DNA of 64,000 nt, taken from positions 13,256-77,255 of the forward strand of contig JAOZHO010000033.1 in the NCBI GenBank assembly GCA_026014875.1, written 5' to 3'. The notes below the pieces were generated by a model that searched no databases, was not told the DNA's origin, and saw only the letters and a program-made list of their open reading frames with translations. The first letter of the stretch is position 1, and every line of letters starts with the position of its first letter. A program made the position numbers and the translations under genes. Shown one piece after another: positions 1-8,538 of the stretch. Source of the stretch: Candidatus Bathyarchaeota archaeon. GTDB taxonomy: Archaea > Thermoproteota > Bathyarchaeia > TCS64.

Positions 1-76
1 CGCTGTTCATGTAGGTCTTGTACTTGAGGATTGGAAACTCATCCCTGACCTCCCGAATGTTTCTGTCAATGGACAT
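1..76 (-). CDS. cysteine desulfurase / class V aminotransferase, N-terminal fragment (continues beyond window start)
   Basis: Reading the minus strand from the ATG at 76 gives MSIDRNIREVRDEFPILKYKTYMNS, a typical SufS/NifS-type N-terminus. The window edge truncates the gene. Confidence 0.45.
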   Translation of the reverse strand, partial: MSIDRNIREVRDEFPILKYKTYMNS

Positions 77-153
77 CTTGGTCTACATTGATTGTTGGTT
101 CAATAGATTATTTAACGAAGGCGGATGGAATGCTCCAGCCTTATTTCGTAAAT

Positions 154-163
154 TTTATATATT
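154..163. promoter_or_regulatory. TATA-like box (ttttatatat) in the AT-rich divergent intergenic region between the desulfurase fragment and arsR
   Basis: This is the only AT-rich stretch in 77-207. It lies between divergently oriented genes. Confidence 0.3.
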
Positions 164-180
164 AATGAGATATTCTTCAT

Positions 181-531
181 ATGAAGAAAGTTTCATGTGT
201 GATGGGCATGGTGAAAAAGGGAATGAACGAAACGTGCTACCGTTTCTTCTCGACTCTGGCAAATCCGACGAGGTTAGCGGCTTTAGAGAACTTGATGAAT
301 AAACCGATGAATGTGACCCAACTTGCGGAAACCCTGGGCCAGGAGCAGAGCATGATCTCCCATAATCTACGTCCTTTAGTTCGGTGCCGGTTTGTCCATG
401 TCGAGAGGAAGGGCAGGGAGCGCCTCTACTCGATAAACCATGAGACCATTGACCCGCTCTTCAAAGTGATCGAGAATCACGCCGTCAACTACTGTCCCAC
501 TGGTGGTAAATGCCTGGAGAGAATGAAATGA
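181..531 (+). CDS. ArsR/SmtB-family HTH transcriptional regulator
   Basis: The winged-HTH core reads ANPTRLAALENLMNKPMNVTQLAETLGQEQSMISHNL. The C-terminus has a CPTGGKC cysteine pair. The true start may be the Met at 208. Confidence 0.7.
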   Translation: MKKVSCVMGMVKKGMNETCYRFFSTLANPTRLAALENLMNKPMNVTQLAETLGQEQSMISHNLRPLVRCRFVHVERKGRERLYSINHETIDPLFKVIENHAVNYCPTGGKCLERMK

Positions 532-755
532 GCTCTTTTTCAAGCGGAGGAGCGGGAGAATCCTTTCCCAGAGTTGGTAGGGAAGGTTCGCACTTGGTGG
601 TTATCTATCTGGGGGAGGACCCTGACGACGTGATCGTCAGAGAGGAGACCGAGCTCGATGTCCGGGAGTTGATGTCTAGGCTTGACTCGGGTGGCTCGGT
701 TTTCATTGCCATGAAGGCGGATGGAATAGGAGATGAGGTGTGTGAAGGGTGCTGA
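528..755 (+). CDS. hypothetical small protein, translationally coupled to arsR
   Basis: Its ATG at 528 overlaps the arsR stop (ATGA at 528-531). Its own stop overlaps the GTG start of the next gene. The C-terminus is CEGC. No family was recognised. Confidence 0.3.
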   Translation: MSSFSSGGAGESFPRVGREGSHLVVIYLGEDPDDVIVREETELDVRELMSRLDSGGSVFIAMKADGIGDEVCEGC

Positions 756-1462
756 CGAACTTGGGTGAGACTCGGGATTCCGGAATCAGGAAGATAATCG
801 AGATCGATGAGGAGAAGTGTAACGGCTGCGGCCTCTGCATCCCAAACTGTGCGGAGGGTGCCCTGCAGATCGTCGACGGTAAGGTGAGGCTTGTGGGAGA
901 TGTCTATTGTGACGGTCTGGGGGCGTGCCTAGGGCATTGCCCCGAGGACGCATTGAGGGTCATCGAGAGGGAGGCGGTTCCATTCGATATGGAGGCGGTC
1001 CATGGACTGCTCGCTTCCCAGAAGGAGCATCCGGTTGCATGCCCCTCCGTGTCCCCCGTGAACTTGCACGACTCCTCGCCTCGGCCAGCTGAGAGGGAGT
1101 CGGCGCTCAGGCATTGGCCTGTTCAGCTCAGGCTGTTGCCCATCGAGGCTCCCCGTTTCCAGGATGCCGATCTATTGGTTGTCGCGGACTGTGTTCCCGT
1201 CGCCCATCCCAATGTCCATGCCTCTCTCCTGTCTGGGAGGACGGTGGCAATGGGGTGCCCGAAACTGGATGACATCGCGGGCTACGGGGAGAAGCTGAAG
1301 GAAATCTTGAAAAAGAATGACGTGCGAAGTGTAACGGTGGCGATCATGGAGGTCCCCTGCTGCTCGGGTTTGAACCGGGTCGTGGACTGGGCGGTGGAGG
1401 CTTCGGGGAAGGCGATCCCCATCAGGAAGCACATCGTGAGCGTCAGGGGGAATATGACTTAG
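749..1462 (+). CDS. 4Fe-4S dicluster (ferredoxin-domain) protein with C-terminal Cys-rich domain
   Basis: Two ferredoxin-like cysteine motifs (CNGCGLCIPNC and CDGLGACLGHC) sit at the N-terminus. Further conserved Cys (CPKL, PCCSG) are C-terminal. The only in-frame start is the GTG at 749. Confidence 0.55.
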   Translation: MLTNLGETRDSGIRKIIEIDEEKCNGCGLCIPNCAEGALQIVDGKVRLVGDVYCDGLGACLGHCPEDALRVIEREAVPFDMEAVHGLLASQKEHPVACPSVSPVNLHDSSPRPAERESALRHWPVQLRLLPIEAPRFQDADLLVVADCVPVAHPNVHASLLSGRTVAMGCPKLDDIAGYGEKLKEILKKNDVRSVTVAIMEVPCCSGLNRVVDWAVEASGKAIPIRKHIVSVRGNMT

Positions 1463-1536
1463 CCCACAGGATCCAGAGGCCAGCTGTGACGGATCCCCAG
1501 ACTTGTCCGGGGATACGGGATTTCATCCGGCCCACC

Positions 1537-1722
1537 ATGAAGTACGTGAAGTGTCATGAATGTGGTGGGGCCGTCGAGATCTGGAGCGACGAGGACAGCG
1601 GATTCTGCCTAGACTGTAATGCCGAATGGACTAAGCCAGATAAAGATGTCTCCTGTCTCGACTATTGCGAGTACGCTGATGCATGCAAGGAGATAATCGA
1701 GGCCAAGAAACCGCCAAGTTGA
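1537..1722 (+). CDS. small cysteine-rich (zinc-ribbon-like) protein
   Basis: MKYVKCHECGG...CLDCNAEW...CLDYCEYADAC. An alternative GTG start lies at 1486. Confidence 0.35.
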   Translation: MKYVKCHECGGAVEIWSDEDSGFCLDCNAEWTKPDKDVSCLDYCEYADACKEIIEAKKPPS

Positions 1723-1816
1723 GGACGGAACCATGTTATTCGCACATAGGTTTTTTTAGTTCGTTGACTGGGGCTATTGGTCTGAGTCGTATCGTTTGGG
1801 GTTCGGGGGAGGAAAA

Positions 1817-3937
1817 ATGGCGTACGTGAGAAAAAGGGATGGACGACTTGCCGAGTTCGACCAGGACAGGATCACTAATGCGATCAGGAAAGCGGTCAGA
1901 GCTGTCGGCGGAAAGGATCAGCACCTCGCTCAAAGATTGAGTGATCGGGTCGTGGTGCAGCTCCATGAGAGGTTCGGTTTGGACGGGGTTCCCACCGTGG
2001 AGGAGATCCAGGACCTCGTGGAGAAGACTCTGATCCAGAATGGACACGCGAGGATGTCTAAGGCTTACATCTTGTATCGGCAGCAGCATCAAGAGCTGCG
2101 GGAGATGGCGGCTCTGCTGAGCTCGGATGACCTGGTGGAGCAGTACCTGGATCTCGCGGACTGGAGGGTGAAGGAGAACTCGAATATGAGTTACAGCCTC
2201 CAGGGATTGAATAACTATCTCTCCTCGGCTGTGATCGCGAATTATTGGTTGACCCGGATCTATCCCCCGAATATCGGGCAGACACACAGGACGGGGGCGT
2301 TCCATATTCATGATCTTGCGGTTCTGGGGCCGTATTGCGTGGGGTGGGATCTGCCGGATCTGCTGTTGTCTGGGTTTAAGGGGGTGCCGGGGAAGGTGGA
2401 GAGTGCGCCGGCGAAGCATCTCGGGACTGCATTGGGTCAGATTGTGAATTTCTTCTATACGTTGCAGGGGGAGGCTGCGGGTGCCCAGGCTTTCAGTAAT
2501 TTCGATACGTATCTGGCCCCCTTCATCAGATATGATGGACTGGGGGAGCGGGAGGTTAAGCAGGCTATTCAGGAGTTCCTGTTTAACGCGAATGTGCCGA
2601 CGAGGGTGGGGTTCCAGACTCCGTTCACGAATATCACTCTAGACATTGATATCCCGGAGTTTCTCAGGGAGGAGCCTGTCGTCATCGGGGGCAAGATTCA
2701 GGATGCTGCTTTCGGTGATTTCGAGGATGAGATGGCGCTTTTCAATTGTGCGTTCGCAGAGGTGATGAGTGAGGGGGACGCCCGAGGGCGGGTGTTCACG
2801 TTCCCCATTGCGACATATAATATCACTGAGGATTTCGATTGGGAGTCCCCCGTTGCGGAGCAGATCTTCCGGATGACGGCGAAGTATGGTACGCCATATT
2901 TCTCAAATTTCATCAATAGCGACATGAGCCCGGAGGACGTGAGGAGCATGTGCTGCCGCCTCAGGATCGATAATCGGGAGCTCCGGAAGCGGGGCGGGGG
3001 CTTCTTCGGGGCGAATCCGTTGACGGGATCCATCGGTGTGGTGACCGTGAATCTGCCCCGGATCAGCTACGAGCAAAAGTCTGAGGATGGGTTCATGGAG
3101 AGGCTGGAGGAACTCATGGACCTTGCGAGGGACAGCCTCATCATCAAGCGTAAAGTGTTAGAGAGCTTCACGGAGAAATGGCTGTACCCATACTCCCGGT
3201 ATTATCTGCGAAGGGTGAAGGAGGCTTTCGATTCTTACTGGGAGAATCACTTCTCGACGATAGGAATAATCGGGATGAACGAGGCGTGCCTAAACCTGAT
3301 GGACACGGGGATCGCCTCCCGGGAGGGACTCGGTTTCGCCGAGAGGGTGATGGGGTTCATGCGGGATAGGCTCTCCGACTACCAAGAGGAAACGGGACAC
3401 ATCTTCAACCTAGAGGCGACTCCGGCGGAGGGGACGGCGTATCGTCTGGCGCGGCTGGATAAGTTGAGTTATCCGAAGATCAAGGTGGCGAATGAGGGTT
3501 ACCTGTCGGGGGGTGCGGAGCCGTTCTACACGAACTCGACGCATCTCCCGGTAGATCACACCGATGATATCTTCGAGGCTTTGGTGCATCAGGATCGTCT
3601 GCAGCATCTGTATACGGGGGGCACTGTGCTCCACGTTTTCCTGGGGGAGCAGGCTCCTAGTTGGAGGGCTGCGGCTGATCTGGTGCGGAGGATTGCGGAG
3701 GGGTCCAAGCTTCCTTATTTCACTTTGACCCCGACATTCAGCATCTGCCCGAGCCACGGGTATCTGCGGGGGAAGCATCCGGAGTGTCCCGAGTGCGGTT
3801 CCCCGGCGGAGGTCTACTCCCGGGTTGTGGGTTATCTGAGGCCCGTGGATCAGTGGAATGACGGGAAGCGGGCGGAGTGGCGTATCCGGAAGACCTATGA
3901 TGGGGCCGTGAACCTGATCGAGGCCCCCCAGGATTGA
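1817..3937 (+). CDS. nrdD: anaerobic ribonucleoside-triphosphate reductase (class III RNR)
   Basis: N-terminal ATP-cone (RKRDGRLAEFDQDRITNAI). C-terminal Zn ribbon (CPECGS). Glycyl-radical motif (SRVVGYLRPV). GGAGG Shine-Dalgarno before the ATG at 1817. Confidence 0.9.
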   Translation: MAYVRKRDGRLAEFDQDRITNAIRKAVRAVGGKDQHLAQRLSDRVVVQLHERFGLDGVPTVEEIQDLVEKTLIQNGHARMSKAYILYRQQHQELREMAALLSSDDLVEQYLDLADWRVKENSNMSYSLQGLNNYLSSAVIANYWLTRIYPPNIGQTHRTGAFHIHDLAVLGPYCVGWDLPDLLLSGFKGVPGKVESAPAKHLGTALGQIVNFFYTLQGEAAGAQAFSNFDTYLAPFIRYDGLGEREVKQAIQEFLFNANVPTRVGFQTPFTNITLDIDIPEFLREEPVVIGGKIQDAAFGDFEDEMALFNCAFAEVMSEGDARGRVFTFPIATYNITEDFDWESPVAEQIFRMTAKYGTPYFSNFINSDMSPEDVRSMCCRLRIDNRELRKRGGGFFGANPLTGSIGVVTVNLPRISYEQKSEDGFMERLEELMDLARDSLIIKRKVLESFTEKWLYPYSRYYLRRVKEAFDSYWENHFSTIGIIGMNEACLNLMDTGIASREGLGFAERVMGFMRDRLSDYQEETGHIFNLEATPAEGTAYRLARLDKLSYPKIKVANEGYLSGGAEPFYTNSTHLPVDHTDDIFEALVHQDRLQHLYTGGTVLHVFLGEQAPSWRAAADLVRRIAEGSKLPYFTLTPTFSICPSHGYLRGKHPECPECGSPAEVYSRVVGYLRPVDQWNDGKRAEWRIRKTYDGAVNLIEAPQD

Positions 3938-4611
3938 GATTCTGCGGGTTCCGGGGCTCCAGCCTCGTAGATTACCCGGATCGGCTGTCGTCGGTTCTCT
4001 TTTCGCCGGGATGTAATCTCCGGTGTCCCTTCTGCCATAACTGGAGAATTGTGATGGAGCCCAAGGAGCCCTTCCTATCCGAGGACGAAGCCCTGGAGAT
4101 ATTAAGGGAGAGGCGGGGGTTCATCGACTCGGTAGTGGTGACCGGGGGGGAGCCCACCATCCAGGAAGGGCTTCCCGGTTTTCTCCGCAGGCTGAGGGGG
4201 GAGGGTTTCTCCGTGAAGCTGGATACGAATGGGATGAGGCCGGATGTATTGGGGGAGTGTCTGGGTCTCGTGGATTACGTTGCGATGGATTTTAAGACGG
4301 CTCCGGGGCGTTACGGAGAGCTGGGGGGTGGTTCCTCGGAGGCGCTGCTGGAGAGCGTGGGGCTCCTGTTGGAGGGGTGTGTAGATTACGAGTTCCGGTG
4401 CACTGTGGTTCCGGGTTTCGTGGATGAGGGGGCGGTCTTGGAGATGGGGAGGGCGGTGTCCGGGGCGAGACGTTTCGTGTTTCAGCAGTTTGTCCCCGGG
4501 GACACGTTGGACCCCGGTTTTCGGGATGTTGAGCCTTTCAGCGTGGGTGTGATTGAGGGCTTCGGGGAGCTTATGGAGAGTTTCGTGGACGAGGTCGTGT
4601 TGCGGGTATAG
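3934..4611 (+). CDS. nrdG: anaerobic RNR activating protein (radical SAM)
   Basis: N-terminus GFRGSSLVDYPDRLSSVLFSPGCNLRCPFCHN. The TTG start overlaps the nrdD stop. Confidence 0.8.
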   Translation: MRFCGFRGSSLVDYPDRLSSVLFSPGCNLRCPFCHNWRIVMEPKEPFLSEDEALEILRERRGFIDSVVVTGGEPTIQEGLPGFLRRLRGEGFSVKLDTNGMRPDVLGECLGLVDYVAMDFKTAPGRYGELGGGSSEALLESVGLLLEGCVDYEFRCTVVPGFVDEGAVLEMGRAVSGARRFVFQQFVPGDTLDPGFRDVEPFSVGVIEGFGELMESFVDEVVLRV

Positions 4612-4653
4612 CCCGTGGACGGGCTCCTCCCTTCTAGAATTGTTTTCTGTGGG

Positions 4654-4732
4654 TGGTGCTCCGGCCGGGATTCGAACCCGGGATCTCCGGCTCGAAAGGC
4701 CGGAATGCTTGACCGGACTACACCACCGGAGC
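4654..4732 (-). tRNA. tRNA-Glu (anticodon TTC), CCA encoded
   Basis: The minus strand reads GCTCCGGTGGTGTAGTCCGG...CCGGCCTTTCGAGCCGG...GGGTTCGAATCCCGGCCGGAGCACCA. This is the canonical archaeal tRNA-Glu. The anticodon loop is CUUUCGA. Confidence 0.8.
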
Positions 4733-4759
4733 TCGGGGGGTTTTATGGGGGTTGGGGTG

Positions 4760-4767
4760 TTTATATG
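4760..4767. promoter_or_regulatory. TATA-like box (tttatatg), about 30 nt upstream of tRNA-Glu on the minus strand
   Basis: Position relative to the tRNA 5' end. A second T/A box (tttttatc, 4786-4793) sits about 30 nt upstream of tRNA-Met on the plus strand. Confidence 0.3.
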
Positions 4768-4818
4768 TTTTCCCGGGGGGGTCGTGTTTTTATCTGGGTT
4801 GGTTGGGTATTGTTGTTG

Positions 4819-4894
4819 GGGGCCCGTAGCTCAGTTTGGTTAGAGCACCTGGCTCATAACCAGGTGGTGGTGGGTTCAAATCCCTCCGGGCCCA
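4819..4894 (+). tRNA. tRNA-Met or tRNA-Ile2 (anticodon CAT), slightly aberrant
   Basis: GGGCCCGTAGCTCAGTTTGGTTAGAGC...CTCATAA...GGGTTCAAATCC...CGGGCCCA. The acceptor stem is a perfect 7 bp. I count an extra C after the anticodon loop, which gives an 8-nt loop or a bulge. I also count a T-T mismatch in the T-stem. No CCA is encoded. Confidence 0.55.
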
Positions 4895-5067
4895 CTTTTT
4901 ATGAGTGGTAGCATATTATAGCGGTTTTTGGGGATGTTTTATCCTTGGAATCGCTCAACCAATGGATTGCTCATCGAGTAGAGGTCAAGACACAGTGAAA
5001 CAGTGTGGACGGGCAGCCCTCCCAGTCCTGGGTTCGACTTAAATTCGGGGCTCCCTGATGAGGGGGT

Positions 5068-5775
5068 ATGGATGGCATCAGGGGGGTCTTCTTCGATCTC
5101 CACGGGACCCTCCTAATATCCGACGACATCTCGAAGGCGTGGGCGGAGTGGCGGGAGGCGTTCCACGGATGCATGGTTGACTGCGGCCTCGAGACATCGA
5201 TGGAAGAGTTCCAGGTCGAAGTCGAGGGAATCTTCGAGAAGCCCGAGCCAGAGTATGACGCTCCGGGGCTGAGTGTCTTCGAGCGCAGGGTCATGGAGCT
5301 CTGCAGCAGACACGGGCTCGAGATGGACCGCGAGTACATGGGCTGGATGGTGGACCACATCATCGGGATATGGTACAGGGGCATGTACATGGACCCCGAG
5401 GCGCAGCCAGTCTTGGAGGCCCTGAGACCCCGATACAGGACCGCCCTCATCACCAACTGGGACCACACACCGTGGATCCGGAGATGGCTCGCCGACTCCG
5501 ACGTCGGCGGATGGTTTGAGGACATCGTGATCTCCGACGAAGCTGGATGCGCCAAACCCGACCCCCGGATATTCAGGATCGCCCTGGAAAGGCTGGGGCT
5601 CGAGCCCGGGGAGATGGCCTACGTGGGCGACGCACCTGAAGACGTGCGGGGGGCATTAGCCGTCGGATCCATTCCTATCCTGATCAGGAGAAACCAATCT
5701 GACGATGGGGACATCGGAGGCGATGCCAAGGTCATATCCCGTCTATCAGAGCTCCTGGATATTTTCCAGCCGTAG
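5068..5775 (+). CDS. HAD-superfamily hydrolase
   Basis: The N-terminus carries the DxDGTL motif (VFFDLHGTLL). A distal GDAPEDV-type motif is present. Confidence 0.75.
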   Translation: MDGIRGVFFDLHGTLLISDDISKAWAEWREAFHGCMVDCGLETSMEEFQVEVEGIFEKPEPEYDAPGLSVFERRVMELCSRHGLEMDREYMGWMVDHIIGIWYRGMYMDPEAQPVLEALRPRYRTALITNWDHTPWIRRWLADSDVGGWFEDIVISDEAGCAKPDPRIFRIALERLGLEPGEMAYVGDAPEDVRGALAVGSIPILIRRNQSDDGDIGGDAKVISRLSELLDIFQP

Positions 5776-5815
5776 AGGCATCCTTCTACCTAAGGAGTAC
5801 AAAGAAAAAAGGGGG

Positions 5816-6643
5816 CTAGGTGGAGACGGCCCCGGCGATGAAGATGGAAGCCCTCAATGCGTTGAAGGCCCCGATGAAGTCGTCCTGAACGAACCTCACC
5901 GTCTTCCCGTCGAGCCTCTCAGCCGAGGGCATGAACTCCACGGCGTCCCCCATCCTCGCGTTGGTGAATCTGACGACTACCTCTACGGGCTGCTTGAAGG
6001 CAAAGGGCTTCACCTTCACGCCCCCCTTCAGCGCCTTCGCGACGTTCTCCCTGATCAGTGCCCTCGCCACCTTGGGGTGGAGGCACTTCGCGGAGGTCCT
6101 TCCTATGGCCTCCTTCACCGCGGCCACCTCGATCCCCGGATCCAGCTCCTTCGCCTCCCGCGCTGTCGCCTTGTCCCCTGCAAGGAAGACCAGGGGGACT
6201 CCGAAGTGGCCGGCGATCCCCGCGTTGATCGCGGTCTCTCCCACCTCAGTTCCGTTGATGGTGACGCTCTCGATGGCCCTCCCCGAGATGGTGTGGCTCA
6301 GAATTCCGTGCTCGGTCCCCTTCTTGGCGTGGTACCCCACGAAGAGGACGGCGTCGAAGCTGCCGTCGATCCCCGCCATCTGGGTGAGGGGCTTCGGTGT
6401 CCCCCGGACCAGCACCGCGGCCTTGTTGAGGGCCTCGGGCTCGATGTTCTTCATGCCCCCGTGGGCGTCGCTCACCACGATCTCGGCCCCGGGGTCTGCT
6501 TCGAGGATGCCGTCGATGGCGGCGTTCACATCGGCCACCATGAGGGCCCGCCCCGTCTTGTACTCGGCCTTATCCCGGCCCGTCTGGGTTCCGTCGACGA
6601 TGCCGGATATCCCTTCCATGTCCACTGAGATGAAAACCTTCAT
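5816..6643 (-). CDS. M55-family D-aminopeptidase (DppA-like)
   Basis: N-terminus MKVFISVDMEGISGIV and the overall length are typical of DppA. Confidence 0.75.
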   Translation of the reverse strand: MKVFISVDMEGISGIVDGTQTGRDKAEYKTGRALMVADVNAAIDGILEADPGAEIVVSDAHGGMKNIEPEALNKAAVLVRGTPKPLTQMAGIDGSFDAVLFVGYHAKKGTEHGILSHTISGRAIESVTINGTEVGETAINAGIAGHFGVPLVFLAGDKATAREAKELDPGIEVAAVKEAIGRTSAKCLHPKVARALIRENVAKALKGGVKVKPFAFKQPVEVVVRFTNARMGDAVEFMPSAERLDGKTVRFVQDDFIGAFNALRASIFIAGAVST

Positions 6644-6731
6644 TCAGAATCTCCTGATTGGCATTGACCCTTCGCCGATAAATGCTTTTCAGAAGAGATG
6701 ATTGAAAAAAAGGGAGAGGTTTGCTATGGTT

Positions 6732-8378
6732 CTATGGTTTGCCTTTTCCCTTGGGAGATTGGATCCGTACCCAGTCGAAGCCCTCGATTGGTGTGCCGCC
6801 TTCTTCATCGATCAAGTTGCCTCGTATGAACAGCTTTACGAACATCCAGTCCTCGAGTTCACACAAGCCTAGTGTGCCTACGACTTCTTGAGTGTCGAAT
6901 TTTAAGACTAGGTCAACGTAACCGTCAGCTGTCTCCTCGTGTCCGTCAGGTTCCTCGGGGGTTTCGTCGGGATACGGCGTGGCGACATCCTCGTAGCTCC
7001 AGCGGAGCAGTGAGACGCCCCCCTCGACGCCCTCGATGAACATTTGCACTGTACCGGGGTCTATCGTCATGATGTCAAAGTCCTCTGTCCCGCATATTGC
7101 TATGGATATGACCCCCTTGCTTCCCTTGTTTATCGGGTTGGGCCATGACCCCGGCTTTATGTCGACAGATACGTCTAAGACGAGGATTGCCACGGTCTTC
7201 TCCAAGGTCAGGAGCGCCCATGTGGTTGATAGTATATCGTCGCCCCACTCATCAAAGTTCCAAGACCCATCGGGATTCTGCGTATTCACTATCCTGCTGG
7301 ATATTTCGTCGAACCAGTCGTGCTCGGGGGTGCTGTCGCCATCCAGGTCGATGAGTTCTATTCCATAAGCCTCGAATCCCTTCATTATGCTGAAGGTTGC
7401 TTGGTGATGGGCCCAGTCCCCTCCCCAACCGGGTCCTTTCCATCCTGGGTCCCAGTTGGCGTCGTTCCAGTGTCTCACCTGGTAGTCGATGGCGTCGGTG
7501 ACTCTCGTGTCATCTATCGGATAGCCTACTAATCTCATCTGGTAGAGGAGGTTGCCTGTCTTGAGCATGTTGACCCACGAATCGGGATGACCGTAGCCTG
7601 AGCCTCCATCATTAGGATCTCCATCAACGACATTCTGGATGTAGTTGATCCAGATTTCGAGTTCATCATAGATGAATTGGTGTATCGTAGCCCCGGACGC
7701 CAGAGCGTAGCCTAGGCCGAGGGTCACCCATCCGGTGTTCGAGTTGTCGCTCCAGTCAACAAAGTTTTCATAGTAACCCCAGCCACCCCTTTCGGGGCCC
7801 CCGTCGTTCTGACCGAATGCCAGGTAGTCCACCGTATCCACTATCACATCCTCGTATGTCTGACCCACTAGGGGCCCAGCGGCGACAACGGGGCTGGGGA
7901 TGCCCAACATGTCGGCGCACGCGTCGGCGGCCCCAGTCGCCATCAGGCAGATTCCCGTCGTATATGTACGGTGCCAATTATCACCGGAATCAAAGTACAC
8001 GCCCATATCATCGCCGTCGGAGTCGGGGTCTCCATGGAGCTGCGGTGGAACTGTAATGTCCATGACGTGGGCATTCAGGAATATGTAGTTCAGGCCATCC
8101 ACAACCTGCATGTGGTATTGATACGGCTCTTCGAAGGGATTTTCGCCCAGCTCCTTGGCCCTGTCTATGAACTTTAAAACGGCTAGGCCTGTTCTGGCAA
8201 CGGGTTCATATCCAGGCCATGAACCATCGGGATTCTGCATCCCTGCAAGCCATGCGAGGCCGTCGATTATTGACTGCTCTATCTCATCTTCTGTCGCTGC
8301 GAAGGAAATAGGTAACATCGAGAATATTGACAGAACAAATACCACGATTATTATCGTCGCAACTATCTTTTTTTTCAT
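6732..8378 (-). CDS. secreted protein with prenyltransferase/squalene-oxidase-like (alpha/alpha-toroid) repeats
   Basis: Signal peptide MKKKIVATIIIVVFVLSIFSMLPISFA. Repeated NPDGSW / DGSWN motifs. Confidence 0.55.
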   Translation of the reverse strand: MKKKIVATIIIVVFVLSIFSMLPISFAATEDEIEQSIIDGLAWLAGMQNPDGSWPGYEPVARTGLAVLKFIDRAKELGENPFEEPYQYHMQVVDGLNYIFLNAHVMDITVPPQLHGDPDSDGDDMGVYFDSGDNWHRTYTTGICLMATGAADACADMLGIPSPVVAAGPLVGQTYEDVIVDTVDYLAFGQNDGGPERGGWGYYENFVDWSDNSNTGWVTLGLGYALASGATIHQFIYDELEIWINYIQNVVDGDPNDGGSGYGHPDSWVNMLKTGNLLYQMRLVGYPIDDTRVTDAIDYQVRHWNDANWDPGWKGPGWGGDWAHHQATFSIMKGFEAYGIELIDLDGDSTPEHDWFDEISSRIVNTQNPDGSWNFDEWGDDILSTTWALLTLEKTVAILVLDVSVDIKPGSWPNPINKGSKGVISIAICGTEDFDIMTIDPGTVQMFIEGVEGGVSLLRWSYEDVATPYPDETPEEPDGHEETADGYVDLVLKFDTQEVVGTLGLCELEDWMFVKLFIRGNLIDEEGGTPIEGFDWVRIQSPKGKGKP

Positions 8379-8538
8379 TGTTTATCCGATTCGCCATCTG
8401 TACCGTTCTTTGGCTAAGTATACTGTAACTGTCAATTCTTAGAAAGAGGAACAGAATGTGCCCAACGAGAAATCCTCTCTCCCCGGGCTCGCATGAAAAA
8501 ACTCGATGAAAGACTATTTTTGATTAAGCCATAGTCGC

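Noticed and set aside
4971-5555. 194-aa minus ORF opposite the HAD hydrolase
   Set aside because: It is S/P/M-rich and fully antisense to a gene with a clear DxDGTL motif.
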